Positions 8,642-18,196 of a stretch of 64,000 nt of DNA are shown one piece after another (position 1 is the stretch's first letter; each line of letters begins with the position of its first letter). The notes below the pieces were generated by a model, which did not search any database, had not been told where the DNA came from, and saw only the letters and a program-made list of their open reading frames with translations. Where the stretch lies: the NCBI GenBank assembly GCA_964187785.1, contig OZ076415.1, positions 47,988,001 through 48,052,000 of the forward strand. Direction: 5' to 3'. The translations under genes and the position numbers were made by a program. This stretch comes from Amphiscolops sp. MND2022. Taxonomy: Eukaryota.

Positions 8642-11600
8642 TTTCTGATGTAGCTTGCAATTTGTTCTATGTAATTCGGGCAGTAAAAGCGTCTACGAAA
8701 CTCGGCAATTGTTCTCGTTATTCCCAAATGTCCTCCTGTGGGTGAGTTATGTATTCTATAGAGGATTTCTTTTAGCATGTGTTTGGGTACACATACTTGT
8801 TTATAAAGGATAGTACCGTCATGATCGTAATAGTTCCGTTTAAGGATTCCATTGTTTATGGTTAATCGCGGGAGTTGTTTCCGATATTTCTGTTCTTCTC
8901 CTGATGAATAAATATTATGTGGTGGTTCTGTACCTTCTGTAAGCCAGGTTGTCACCTTCGAGAGTAAGGCGTCATTTTGTTGTTCCCTTTCTAGAATTGC
9001 CACCGATGTCTCAAGTTCTGGATAATTGTCCATCGGGTTTTGTAGTTGTAGTGCGTTGATCGGGAGTGCTTGTTTGTATCTGGTCAATTGGATTTCTTCA
9101 TTTTGGGTTGCCAGGGCTTTTAGGTGTTGTGAGGCATTCTCAAAGTTTCCAGATTGTTTCAATGTTATTAATGTGTTCATATCAACCACTTGAAGTAGGT
9201 CATCGGGGAATTCTTCAGAGAAAAGTTCATTTATTGTATTGTCTGGTAATTTAGCTCGAATATCAATCTCTATTTCGCGTACCGGAATACGGTCTGTAAG
9301 TTTTAATTCTACTGTTTCGTTTGGGTTTGTTTGCAGGCGAGATAAAAAATCCGCTGCTGCATTTGCTTTCCCAGGAATATGAGCGACTACTATGTTGAAT
9401 GTGGTTACTCTGTCGACATAGTTCCAAAGGGATGGAGGAATTGTCTTGGCTTGAAAGAAGCGTGTGAGGCTTTTGTTATCTGTCAGTATCAGTACAGGTT
9501 TTTCGCTACCCCATATGAAGTGTGAGAAGGTTTCCAGGGCAAAATATAGTGACAGGAATTCTTTGCAGTAGATTGACATTTTCAACTGAGCTGTGTTGAA
9601 GACTTTCGATCCAAATGAGACTGGTGCGTATGACTTTACATCTTCACCTTTCACATTTTTGACATAGTCTTCAATCATGAGTACGAATCCACTCGAATGG
9701 TAACTTGCGTCACACAAAATTACATATTGTAGTCCTGGTTTTGCCAATCGTAGTGTTTGCGTTGCAGTTGTTTTGAGTTTCTCCTTCAAGGTTTCAAACG
9801 AATCCAGTATTTCTTCTGTCACTTCAAAAGCCACATTTTTCCGCAGTAGTTTATAGAATGGTATGAGATGCTCATTCAAATTTGGGATGAAGTTTCTGAA
9901 AAACTGAAGGAAACCTATCAGTCTTTTTACTTGTTTAACAGATTTTGGTATCTCCAGTGTTTTCAAGAATTTCTCTATTTTTTCTTTTTCTGGTTTTAGG
10001 CCTTCTTTGGTAATCACATTTCCAAGAAAACTAACTTGTTCAGAACCAAATACACACTTTTCTGGGGATAATTTGAGTCCTGAGCGTCTGAGACATTGGA
10101 ATATTTGTCTGAGGTATGGTAGGAGTTGTTCCGGTGATTCGACTCCACATCCGATGTCATCCATGAATTGTGTACACACATTTGCTGAGAGGCATGGTTC
10201 CAAATAGTTTCTCACAAAAGCACTGAATCCAGTTACAGATCGGTTCAATCCTCTCGCTAATCGCTGATAGGCTAGGGTTCGTGAAGCAAAGTTGAATGCC
10301 AATAGTTGTACCGAGAGTGGGTCTGCCATTTGTACACAATGGTAAGCCTGAGAGCAATCAAGTTTGCAAAACAGTTTCTTTCCGGCAAAATGAGCAGTTG
10401 TGTCTGCCATTGTTGAGATTGGAAAGTTATTGTTATGGTAATCATGAAGGAGTAAATGGTTGATACGGCGTAGGTCTACTAGGATTCGAAGTTCTCCATT
10501 AGTTTTACGGTGTGCGAAAATTGGACTGCTATATTTTGAATGGTTGAGACTGGTGATGATTCCAAAGTATTGGAGAAGTGCTAGTTCTACTTGTAGTTCT
10601 TCTCGTAAATGTATTGGCGTCGGTGGGCTTTGCGTGTAGACAGGTTTATCATGTTCAGGAGTCAATTTCATGGTGATCTCTGAATTATAGCCGACGTCAA
10701 ATCTATGTTTGGCAAATATATCCGAGAATTCAATCAGTAGTTCTTCTAATTGCTGTTTTTGCTGTCGATTCAGTACCGAGTCTTTCCATTGGAATCTTTG
10801 GAGGAATGTTTCACGGTAGCTAGCGTCCATTTGTGGGTCTATTTTATCTAACTCTTGGAGCTTCAATAGTTCCTCATAAATCCTTTTTTCCACTCCTTGG
10901 AGTTTTTCTGGATTTCGACAAGATTCAGGGGTTTGAAACCAAAAATTTTTGTAGTCTGGTTGAGGTCTAGGAGGTTGCGATTCTGAGCTAAAAGTCTGAT
11001 CTATTACCAATTGGTTTATTTCAGTGACGAAATCATCTGGGTTTTTGAATTTTGCTAAAGTCAATAATTGAGGGTCAATTGGTGTTAAGGTTTCGGCTTG
11101 TTGGGGTGAGAGAAATTTAAAGAGGGCTATGTCTGAATTTCGTGGTATCGTGACTTCATTTTCTTGAAGGTTCAATGCAGAAATGAATAGGTGACCTGAA
11201 GAGTCAACTTTCGAAAGGGATGAGGTTATACACAAACCAGTTTTTTCCTCGAAACTAGTTTTCGGTTCGACTATCCCGCAAAGCTCCGATAATTTATTCT
11301 TGGAGAGTAGCACACATTTTAAAATCGTTTGTTGGTTCGGGGCAATCGTTGTTTTCTCGACCGTTCTGATTGAGTACTGGGCTTTTGTAGTTTTCTCAAG
11401 TTTGTCCATTTCATTCAATTGTAATGTCAGGTCTGGAAGTTTCATCAAGTTTTCTTTTGGGTATAGTTCTACAGAGTTATTTTTGAAAAAAGGGTTTCCC
11501 AAAATAATACTGTTTGTATTGGGCAGGACAAGGAATGTTTCCCTAAAGGAATGATTGGCAATGGAAAATTGGAGTTCTATTTGGCCACGCACAGGTATAA

Positions 11601-11979
11601 GTTGTCCGGAAGCTAATTTCACTTTACTGACCTGTTTTGGTGTAGTGAGTTGCGGGATGTTTCCACAAGAAGATTTCAAGTCTTCATAGTCATGTTCACT
11701 GATGGCATTTGCAGAGGCTCCAGTGTCAATTAGAGCTTTTCTCGTTTCTTTAGAGGAAAATTTTAGTGGTACATAGGATAGAATATCACCCTCAAGGGAT
11801 ATGCATGCAGTAATTTGGTGGTCCTCTCTTTGTGTCGTTTCTTCCGTTTTGTCTTCATACTGGCGTGGCTCTACTCGTTTTTTGGTGCTGTTTGATATGG
11901 AATTTGCTGGTTTCTCTGTGCTGGTTGACGTTGAATACAATCTTTGGCGTAGTGGTTTGGGTATCCACAGTTGTAACAT
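8545..11979 (-). CDS. pol: Pol polyprotein: aspartic protease, reverse transcriptase, RNase H, integrase HHCC zinc finger
   Basis: Protease ALIDTGAS. RT LVDLRRIN, LDCSQAYH and FMDD. RNase H CDAS, KEFLS, TDNKSL and ADFLSRL. IN zinc finger HNSPTGGH...CSTC. Overlaps the gag end in the -1 frame. Confidence 0.96.
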   Translation of the reverse strand: MLQLWIPKPLRQRLYSTSTSTEKPANSISNSTKKRVEPRQYEDKTEETTQREDHQITACISLEGDILSYVPLKFSSKETRKALIDTGASANAISEHDYEDLKSSCGNIPQLTTPKQVSKVKLASGQLIPVRGQIELQFSIANHSFRETFLVLPNTNSIILGNPFFKNNSVELYPKENLMKLPDLTLQLNEMDKLEKTTKAQYSIRTVEKTTIAPNQQTILKCVLLSKNKLSELCGIVEPKTSFEEKTGLCITSSLSKVDSSGHLFISALNLQENEVTIPRNSDIALFKFLSPQQAETLTPIDPQLLTLAKFKNPDDFVTEINQLVIDQTFSSESQPPRPQPDYKNFWFQTPESCRNPEKLQGVEKRIYEELLKLQELDKIDPQMDASYRETFLQRFQWKDSVLNRQQKQQLEELLIEFSDIFAKHRFDVGYNSEITMKLTPEHDKPVYTQSPPTPIHLREELQVELALLQYFGIITSLNHSKYSSPIFAHRKTNGELRILVDLRRINHLLLHDYHNNNFPISTMADTTAHFAGKKLFCKLDCSQAYHCVQMADPLSVQLLAFNFASRTLAYQRLARGLNRSVTGFSAFVRNYLEPCLSANVCTQFMDDIGCGVESPEQLLPYLRQIFQCLRRSGLKLSPEKCVFGSEQVSFLGNVITKEGLKPEKEKIEKFLKTLEIPKSVKQVKRLIGFLQFFRNFIPNLNEHLIPFYKLLRKNVAFEVTEEILDSFETLKEKLKTTATQTLRLAKPGLQYVILCDASYHSSGFVLMIEDYVKNVKGEDVKSYAPVSFGSKVFNTAQLKMSIYCKEFLSLYFALETFSHFIWGSEKPVLILTDNKSLTRFFQAKTIPPSLWNYVDRVTTFNIVVAHIPGKANAAADFLSRLQTNPNETVELKLTDRIPVREIEIDIRAKLPDNTINELFSEEFPDDLLQVVDMNTLITLKQSGNFENASQHLKALATQNEEIQLTRYKQALPINALQLQNPMDNYPELETSVAILEREQQNDALLSKVTTWLTEGTEPPHNIYSSGEEQKYRKQLPRLTINNGILKRNYYDHDGTILYKQVCVPKHMLKEILYRIHNSPTGGHLGITRTIAEFRRRFYCPNYIEQIASYIRNCSTCLQLKLVQPSRLKPPLSELSSKTTFPET

Positions 11980-13040
11980 ACATTTTTCGAGTAACTGGTC
12001 TCTTCAATATGTCCATCATTAGATGACTGTTGTAGCTGTGGGTTGTTGTTACCATAGTTGTTTTGGTAACCTCTGTTATTGTTGTAGTTGCCATAGTACC
12101 CTCTGTTGTTGTTATATCTACCTCTTCCTCTGTTGTTTCCTCGATTGAAGTTTCCTCTTCCTCTATATCCTCTCGAGATATTGTATCTGTTGTTACCTCT
12201 GTAGTTAGAGTTTCTGTTCTGATTATTGTCGTTGTTGTAATTCTGGTTACCCATGTTTTGAGAGCTGAATGTGTTGATTCTGTTTGACATTTCAGTTTGG
12301 TGTTGTTTGATTTCATCCTGTTGTTGAGTTAATTTAGTTAATGCACTAACCAAGTTTTCTGAGAGCGTTGTACTCACTTCGTTGAATGCGTCTCTGGACC
12401 AATCGTCACTTGGGCACAGCTCAAAGAATACCATTTGTCTTCTGGCCACAGTGCACAAATCTTGAACTGTTGCTGCTTCATTTTGGTCTAGGAGTTTTCT
12501 TTTGATGAAGTTTGGCATTGAGTTGGTGAAAATCTCCTTGATTCTTCTGTTTCTTTCATTCGTTGCATTGTCCAAAACTGTCTGATTCGCTGCTTGTGCT
12601 GCTGCAACTCTGTCAATTTCAGCTTGGTCATTTGGTGGGTTAGCTGGTGGAATAGGTGCAAACACTGGGTCAGGATAGGCTTGTGTTGCTTTGATTTGCA
12701 CTTGTACGAGGAAGTCTTCTGGGCTACCAGTTTTGTGGTCAAATTTCAAGTTATGTAGTTGTAGTTTGTGTAATTCTCGAAGATTTGGGTTACAATAGTG
12801 GTTGCGTAGAGCTGTAATAGCTGCATCGAAGTTATCTCTTGTAGCTTGTGGTAATGTTCTAAAGAATTGTAGGGCTTGGTCTAGTAGGTGTAGTTGCAGG
12901 AATTGTGGTCGGTTTGCCGCTGGGATGTTCCCCACATTGATCAAGCTTCTGAGTAGACTCTCGAAATCTGGCCAATTTTCATCTGGTTTTCCGCGGAATG
13001 GGTTGAGTGTGATGTGTGGTTGAGGGTTTGCAGCTGCCAT
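11871..13040 (-). CDS. gag: Gag (capsid + nucleocapsid with CCHC knuckle)
   Basis: ATG 30 nt after the 5' LTR. N-terminal PFRGKPDENWPDF typical of retrotransposon Gag. RG/N-rich region. Knuckle CYNCGYPNHYAKDC (CX2CX4HX4C). Confidence 0.93.
   Translation of the reverse strand: MAAANPQPHITLNPFRGKPDENWPDFESLLRSLINVGNIPAANRPQFLQLHLLDQALQFFRTLPQATRDNFDAAITALRNHYCNPNLRELHKLQLHNLKFDHKTGSPEDFLVQVQIKATQAYPDPVFAPIPPANPPNDQAEIDRVAAAQAANQTVLDNATNERNRRIKEIFTNSMPNFIKRKLLDQNEAATVQDLCTVARRQMVFFELCPSDDWSRDAFNEVSTTLSENLVSALTKLTQQQDEIKQHQTEMSNRINTFSSQNMGNQNYNNDNNQNRNSNYRGNNRYNISRGYRGRGNFNRGNNRGRGRYNNNRGYYGNYNNNRGYQNNYGNNNPQLQQSSNDGHIEETSYSKNVCYNCGYPNHYAKDCIQRQPAQRNQQIPYQTAPKNE
11877..11883 (-). promoter_or_regulatory. 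Candidate -1 ribosomal frameshift slippery site A AAA AAC (gag-pol)
   Basis: In the gag frame CCA AAA AAC GAG TAG. The heptamer is correctly phased, one codon before the gag stop, and pol is open in the -1 frame. Confidence 0.7.
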
Positions 13041-13052
13041 TGTCTTTTCCTC

Positions 13053-13070
13053 ACTTCCTTCTTGTCACCA
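13053..13070 (-). promoter_or_regulatory. Primer binding site (primer tRNA not assigned)
   Basis: Minus strand TGGTGACAAGAAGGAAGT abuts the end of the 5' LTR; TGG is complementary to tRNA CCA. Confidence 0.75.
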
Positions 13071-13514
13071 TGTAAAATTCTTGGGGTTTTTCCAATTTTG
13101 AGATCTCTTTTGCTTTAGATTTCTTCAGAGCGGGGCGTGAGGAGAGCTTTACAGAAAAGATTTTATTGTCGATGTTTTACAGTCAACTATTCAATAGAAG
13201 CCCAAAATTTCTTGTCTTCAGATTATTGTCATCAATGTTTTATTTTCTTCACTTTATTGTTTCCTGTCATGCGGAAATTAACCAATATATTTTTTATTAA
13301 AAACTGCCCATGCGTGTATTTAGAGGGTGGGTCGTAATATATTTTTTATTGCTTCTTTTATTGTTCCGGAAATTACTATTTGCGTTCCGGGGGTGGGTTT
13401 TATTATTAAGATTAAATATTCATAGCTCCAATTTGGGGTCAAATCAATTAGTGAGGGTTTATATTAATTAGCTCCACTAAATTTAATACATTCTAATATT
13501 CAAAGAATATTACA
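13071..13514 (-). repeat. 5' LTR (444 bp)
   Basis: Direct repeat of 828-1271, followed in element orientation by PBS and gag. TATAAA and several AATAAA on the minus strand. Confidence 0.97.
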
Positions 13515-14344
13515 GCGTTTTTAGAAAAAGTGTTATTGTCAAAAGTTAGAAATCTGAATCAAAGGTACAAAGTTTCTCAAACCCTTTTTGTAACGAATAG
13601 CGGTTCTCGAGATATTGCATGATAAAATTCGAAAAATACAAAAAGTAAAAAAAAATAGCGAAGACTGTTAGCTACTAACAACATTTGTAGTTTTTCTGAG
13701 TTCAAAACGAAACAAAAACACAATTCTGGGTAAACTTTGAGGCTTTGTGTATCTATTGGTTATTCACCAATATTTTTAAGCTGCCGACCTTCATAATCGC
13801 AACTGACAGTAGGTACGCTTTATGGATGATGGAAAGGGAACGGATGTCATGTTATAAAACAAACTAATGGACTCTTGACAATCTGCGTTTACAACCACTT
13901 CTATTACCTTTCTGCATTCTCGCTTTTTGTCGTCCACTTCTCCAGCGTGAAATGTTTGAACAACTAGTGATTTACCTTAATTTTGTTCTGGGCTATATAA
14001 TTGATGAATTTTCAAGTGTAAACAATTGTATAAGTTCTTATTAATTCCTATTGAAGATTCATCTGAGCTTTGCCATTCTTTACATGTTAAACTCACAATC
14101 TAACAGAATCTCTAATAACCATTTCAATCCAACATCTCTTCTAAAAGCAATTTGAAATAAATACAAAATTGCCTACTAACTGCTAGGGCTACCATTATGT
14201 AATGGCAATCCGTGAAAGAATAGTCAGGTGCCATAAAAAGTTGACAAAATTGAATGGAGTGATTCATCAACGCATTACGAGTTTCCACCCACATCTCGGC
14301 AATTCCAATTTTAAACAATTTTTTGGTGAACCCCTCCAAAGATT

Positions 14345-15540
14345 TTGATCAATAATGCCTTCGAAAAATCAATCGCCACAAAAAAAGAGCTTCGGATTGC
14401 AAAAACTAAGATGGAGTCTAACCAGTTTCTCGGAGAAATTACAATCCGAAAACCCGAATTTGTTTCCATTTCTAATTACAAAGAATTTGTACAGCAAAGA
14501 CTTGAAGACGTAGAAAAGATTAATTGATAAATTTCCAGCAGAGAAACAGACCGAACTGATCGATCAGCTATCTCAATTTCATCTACAAGTCTGACCTCTC
14601 CCGAAAAAGTATGCACATCAGCGAAAGATATGCAAAACAACGCTAACGTTCACCTCACACACAATGACAGACAATGAACAACTAGACGCCTACAAGGAAC
14701 ATTCATCGAAAACACAACCCTGCCAATCGCTAAGATCACACACTGGACTACAGACGATTCTCATTGTGGAAAAGACTTCAAACAACCCTTTACAATTTGA
14801 AGACACTAGATCTTGCCAAACGACTACAATCTACGGTAAAAAGACATATCATTGCAGTAAAGACATTTTTTGCGTCACGCAAAATGAAAGCTTTCCGAAA
14901 GACATCAAGGACATCCAGACAACACAACCCGTTAAAGCACACAGCAAGCTTGTCAACTTCAACCCATACTTCCATCAGGAGAGAAGACTTCGTTCACTCA
15001 GCCGACTATACAAAGCCCAAATCAACTCTCGAATAAAAAACTCCGAAATCCCAGATAGCGAGCACAACATTTTACGAATTGACATGCAGCGCACACGGAG
15101 ACGAAAATGAAGGACACTTTGGATCAAAACACGAGAGTAATACTACAAAAACATCGGATGACCCATTTGACAACCACACTCAAACAAATCTTCTAAAACT
15201 GTTTCACCTACAAACACCAGTGACATCTTCCCTCTTCCTAGTCAACCCAAAATGGGTACTCAGTCGGAACTAAGATTCACAGAAAACGCCTGCAGCTTTC
15301 GAACACATTGGAGTCGACTACTCTGGAACCTTTCCTGTTTGCCAAAGAAATCAATACGTCAGCATTTTCGTTTCAAAACACCCGAAATACACTTCAAAGT
15401 TTTTGAAGACCAACGGACTCGTTTTACTAGCAATCAGACGATTCACGAGCCGACGAGGGAAACCAAATAGTCTAACATCTAACAATGTAGGTAAATTCCA
15501 CGCAGTAGCAACACCTTCGACCTGACAGGCGCCTCGCTCA
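14345..15540 (+). pseudogene. Decayed BEL/Pao retrotransposon pol fragment (RNase H to integrase)
   Basis: Frameshifted pieces resemble BEL/Pao motifs: KEFVQQRLEDV (cf. FVANRV.EI), QNESFPKDI...SKLVNFNPYF (cf. Q.ESF.EEI...S.L..L.PF) and PAAFEHIGVDYSGTF (cf. PF...GVDYAGP). Confidence 0.75.
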
Positions 15541-15844
15541 AGATTTTTTTAAAAAATGCAAAGGGTCACTATTCTGGAAATTTATCAGGTTTGTAGTGCC
15601 AAAAAGTAAACGAAGGGATACCGATAAAATTCGTAAACCCATTTTCCCATCTGGAAACTTTAAAAAATATATAAGCCTCTCCGGGGCCAAGTACTATTTT
15701 TGCTTTAATCTTTCATTAATAAAAGAATCATATCTGGAATACAAATACACTCTTGTTTAATCATTATTTAGCGCACAATTATTCACTGTACAAGTTTACA
15801 CCGCCTTTAATTCTTCTCGGACTAAAGAAAATATAACTACTAAG

Positions 15845-16030
15845 CGTAGACGAAGTTTCGCATTCGCATTTGAATGCAGGCGAAGCTCTCTGTGATCGAA
15901 TAATTAACACTCATTCGCTTCATCTCAATAACTCGGGCGACGAAAGCACAATTACGAACATTCGCTCGCTTCATCTCAATGACGTCAGCATACGAATGGA
16001 TAATTACCACTCGTTCGTTCCATCGCACTA
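15845..16030. repeat. Short internally repetitive element (ATTCGCTTCATCTCAAT units), second copy at ~17330-17420
   Basis: GAATAATTAACAC..ATTCGCTTCATCTCAAT occurs at both loci and is sub-repeated within the first. Confidence 0.55.
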
Positions 16031-17917
16031 GAATTGAATTGTCGTCGGCAGCTTGAGGAATTCAATTCTCACGCGTAACTGCCGAACAAAATATCTGAAT
16101 TACTCAGTATCATCCCAAGAATTGTACTGAAAAAATTTCGGATTTCAATAATATTCCTGCTAAAGCAGAAATATTAATAGGTTTTGAAATTTTTTTCGAT
16201 ACAATTCTCTCTTCGGAAAAGTCTTAGTACAAAAAAAAGAACTTTAGGCTTGCGAAACACCTTTTTCAAGCCAAAAACATTCAAGTGAGTGAAGGGATTA
16301 CCCATTGATCAAATGAAACTTTTCCGAAAAGTCTTAGTGCCAAAAACAGCAGGTCTTTTTAACAAGTATTGAGAAAACACTTCAGCTCGGCATGACCAAA
16401 ACATGAAAGAGGACCTCAAAAAACCAAAAATTGTGTGGAAAATTTTTGAAAGAAATTCTCGAGGATTTTCAAAAATTTAAAAATTCATCGGTTAGTCGCC
16501 GAGTGCCAAAAAAAACCCAGAGCGGGGACCTTTTTGTCTCCTTTCTTCTACTTTTGAAATTACAAAAAAAATTATGGTCCGGCGCAGGGTTCGAACCCAC
16601 GCAAACTGATTCCTAGCTACTGTCACACCCGCGGTAACCTCTAGTGCGGGAACCAGTTAGTTATTAAATAAACCCATAGAAATTATAATAGAAATCTGTC
16701 AGTTCGCTTTTTAAAAAGCAAACATTATGGTCGGCTTTTTATATCGAAAATGCTGACTAAAAATTGACCCCTGCGGGGCAGAGAAGAATTTCCACTTTAG
16801 GCTACAATAACCATCAACTTCAAACTTCAAGAAAATACAACTACTACGCGTAGATTTGGGTGAAAAGTCAAGATTGGTATTCCGACGCTATCAGCAGAAA
16901 TTGACATAAATCAGCTTCGCTCTTATTCGAAGCTCTGTGCTGTGCCTCAAAGGATGCCGAAACACTTGTCGTCAGTCACAGATCCACACATCTATTGCTG
17001 CGACAGTACACGAGGAAACGCTGTCGTGATTCATGGCAAACCAACCCTGGTCACCTTTTTGTGAATTTATTGCTTTTCGGTATTTATTTGTAAAACTTGT
17101 CCTCCACTTGATGAAATTTTTCTCATTTAAATTCACTGAACCCTTACTGACACTACAAGGAGGTTTTGCAGCATGCAGCGCGACGACACCACCTCCAACG
17201 CTCATTTTTTGACTGCCCCCTCAAATTTTGGGCAAACATAATTTATTGCCAACAAACCTAGTTTCGTAAGTCTTTATTTATATTGTATGACTACTAAACG
17301 TGTTTGACCTGTCGCTTTCGTATTTCGTAAGCAAAGCTCTCGGCATTCGAATAATTAACACTTATTCGCTTCATCTCAATGAAAGCGCTGCCTCGCTGCT
17401 ACGATAACTGTCAACGAAAACGACTCGATAGAAATCTGAAAAAAAAATCATATTTACGGCTCCTAAAGCATTTCAGGTCATGCAGACATATTGAAAAGCA
17501 CAGGAAATCGAGAATGACGAGATTTAGATTATCTGAAAATGGTTGCCTTTTACTGAAGATGCAAAAATTGGACAATTCACATGTCGCAACAATTCATCTG
17601 AGATTGAATAGTGCACACAAAAGAATTTATGAGAAAAATAAATGTCAGGATTTTTAATCTACAAATTAAAAACGAGTTTATTTTCATCAATTATGAGGAG
17701 AGCACGACAGAAGGATTATCAGAAGAGAAGAAATGTTCTGCAGCAGAAAATGGTCAAAGGTCATATCACCGTTTTCACGTATTACTGATCCACAACGAAC
17801 TCTTGGGTGAAATAGGTCAAAAGATCCAGGTCAAACAGCGGTCTGTGTTCCAGACACTTTACCCGCAAAAAGGTAGACTATTTCTTACTGTACAGCCAAA
17901 TCGCGTGACCTTGATCA

Positions 17918-18196
17918 CTACTGAGAAGATTGTGATAACTGATCCGTGTTCAAAATAGGATAATTGATACTGGGTTTTCTGTTGGTGCGTGAAAGTCTGA
18001 AAAAGATCTTTGGTCCAGTTCGTTTGGTTCTGGCTGTCACTTCACGGTAATTGTGGTAATCTTTTAGACGGGTGTTGAACCTTGATGCCTCCAACGGTCT
18101 TCTACGCTCAAGGAAGCGACTGAATAAAATCGTGCTGGTAAACGCAGTTAAAAACGGCCTCATTTCCTTGGACCGTGCCTGGATATATTTTTCTTT
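17918..18196 (-). CDS. DENND2: DENND2-like probable last coding exon (dDENN C-terminal part)
   Basis: Acceptor tttgtttcag. KEKYIQARSKEMRPFLTAFTSTILFSRFLERR resembles the dDENN helix. In-frame stop at 17918. Confidence 0.7.
   Translation of the reverse strand, partial: KEKYIQARSKEMRPFLTAFTSTILFSRFLERRRPLEASRFNTRLKDYHNYREVTARTKRTGPKIFFRLSRTNRKPSINYPILNTDQLSQSSQ

Larger units (their letters stand above)
828..13514 (-). mobile_element. Full-length env-containing Ty3/Gypsy (Metaviridae-like) LTR retroelement, 12,687 bp, with accessory genes
   Basis: Direct-repeat LTRs at 828-1271 and 13071-13514 with TG...CA ends. 5-bp TSD GCGTT at 823-827 and 13515-13519. PBS next to the 5' LTR. Order gag-PR-RT-RH-IN-env is the Ty3/Gypsy order. 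Confidence 0.97.

Noticed and set aside
11855-12316. 153-aa Thr-rich ORF overlapping gag in the +1 frame, plus antisense hydrophobic ORFs
   Set aside because: By-product of the AAC/AAT/AGA low-complexity nucleocapsid coding region.
13053-13070. Idea that the element primes on the arrayed tRNA-Arg(CCT)
   Set aside because: That PBS would read TGGCAGCCACGACGGG, but the observed one is TGGTGACAAGAAGG; only loosely Leu-like, so left unassigned.
16575-16602. tRNA 3'-half ending in CCA on the minus strand as a functional tRNA
   Set aside because: Only the T arm and B-box are present; it is part of a repeat.
16972-17205. Possible extra terminal exon of the DENND2-like gene
   Set aside because: The preceding exon reaches an in-frame stop at 17918 and I found no convincing donor to link them.
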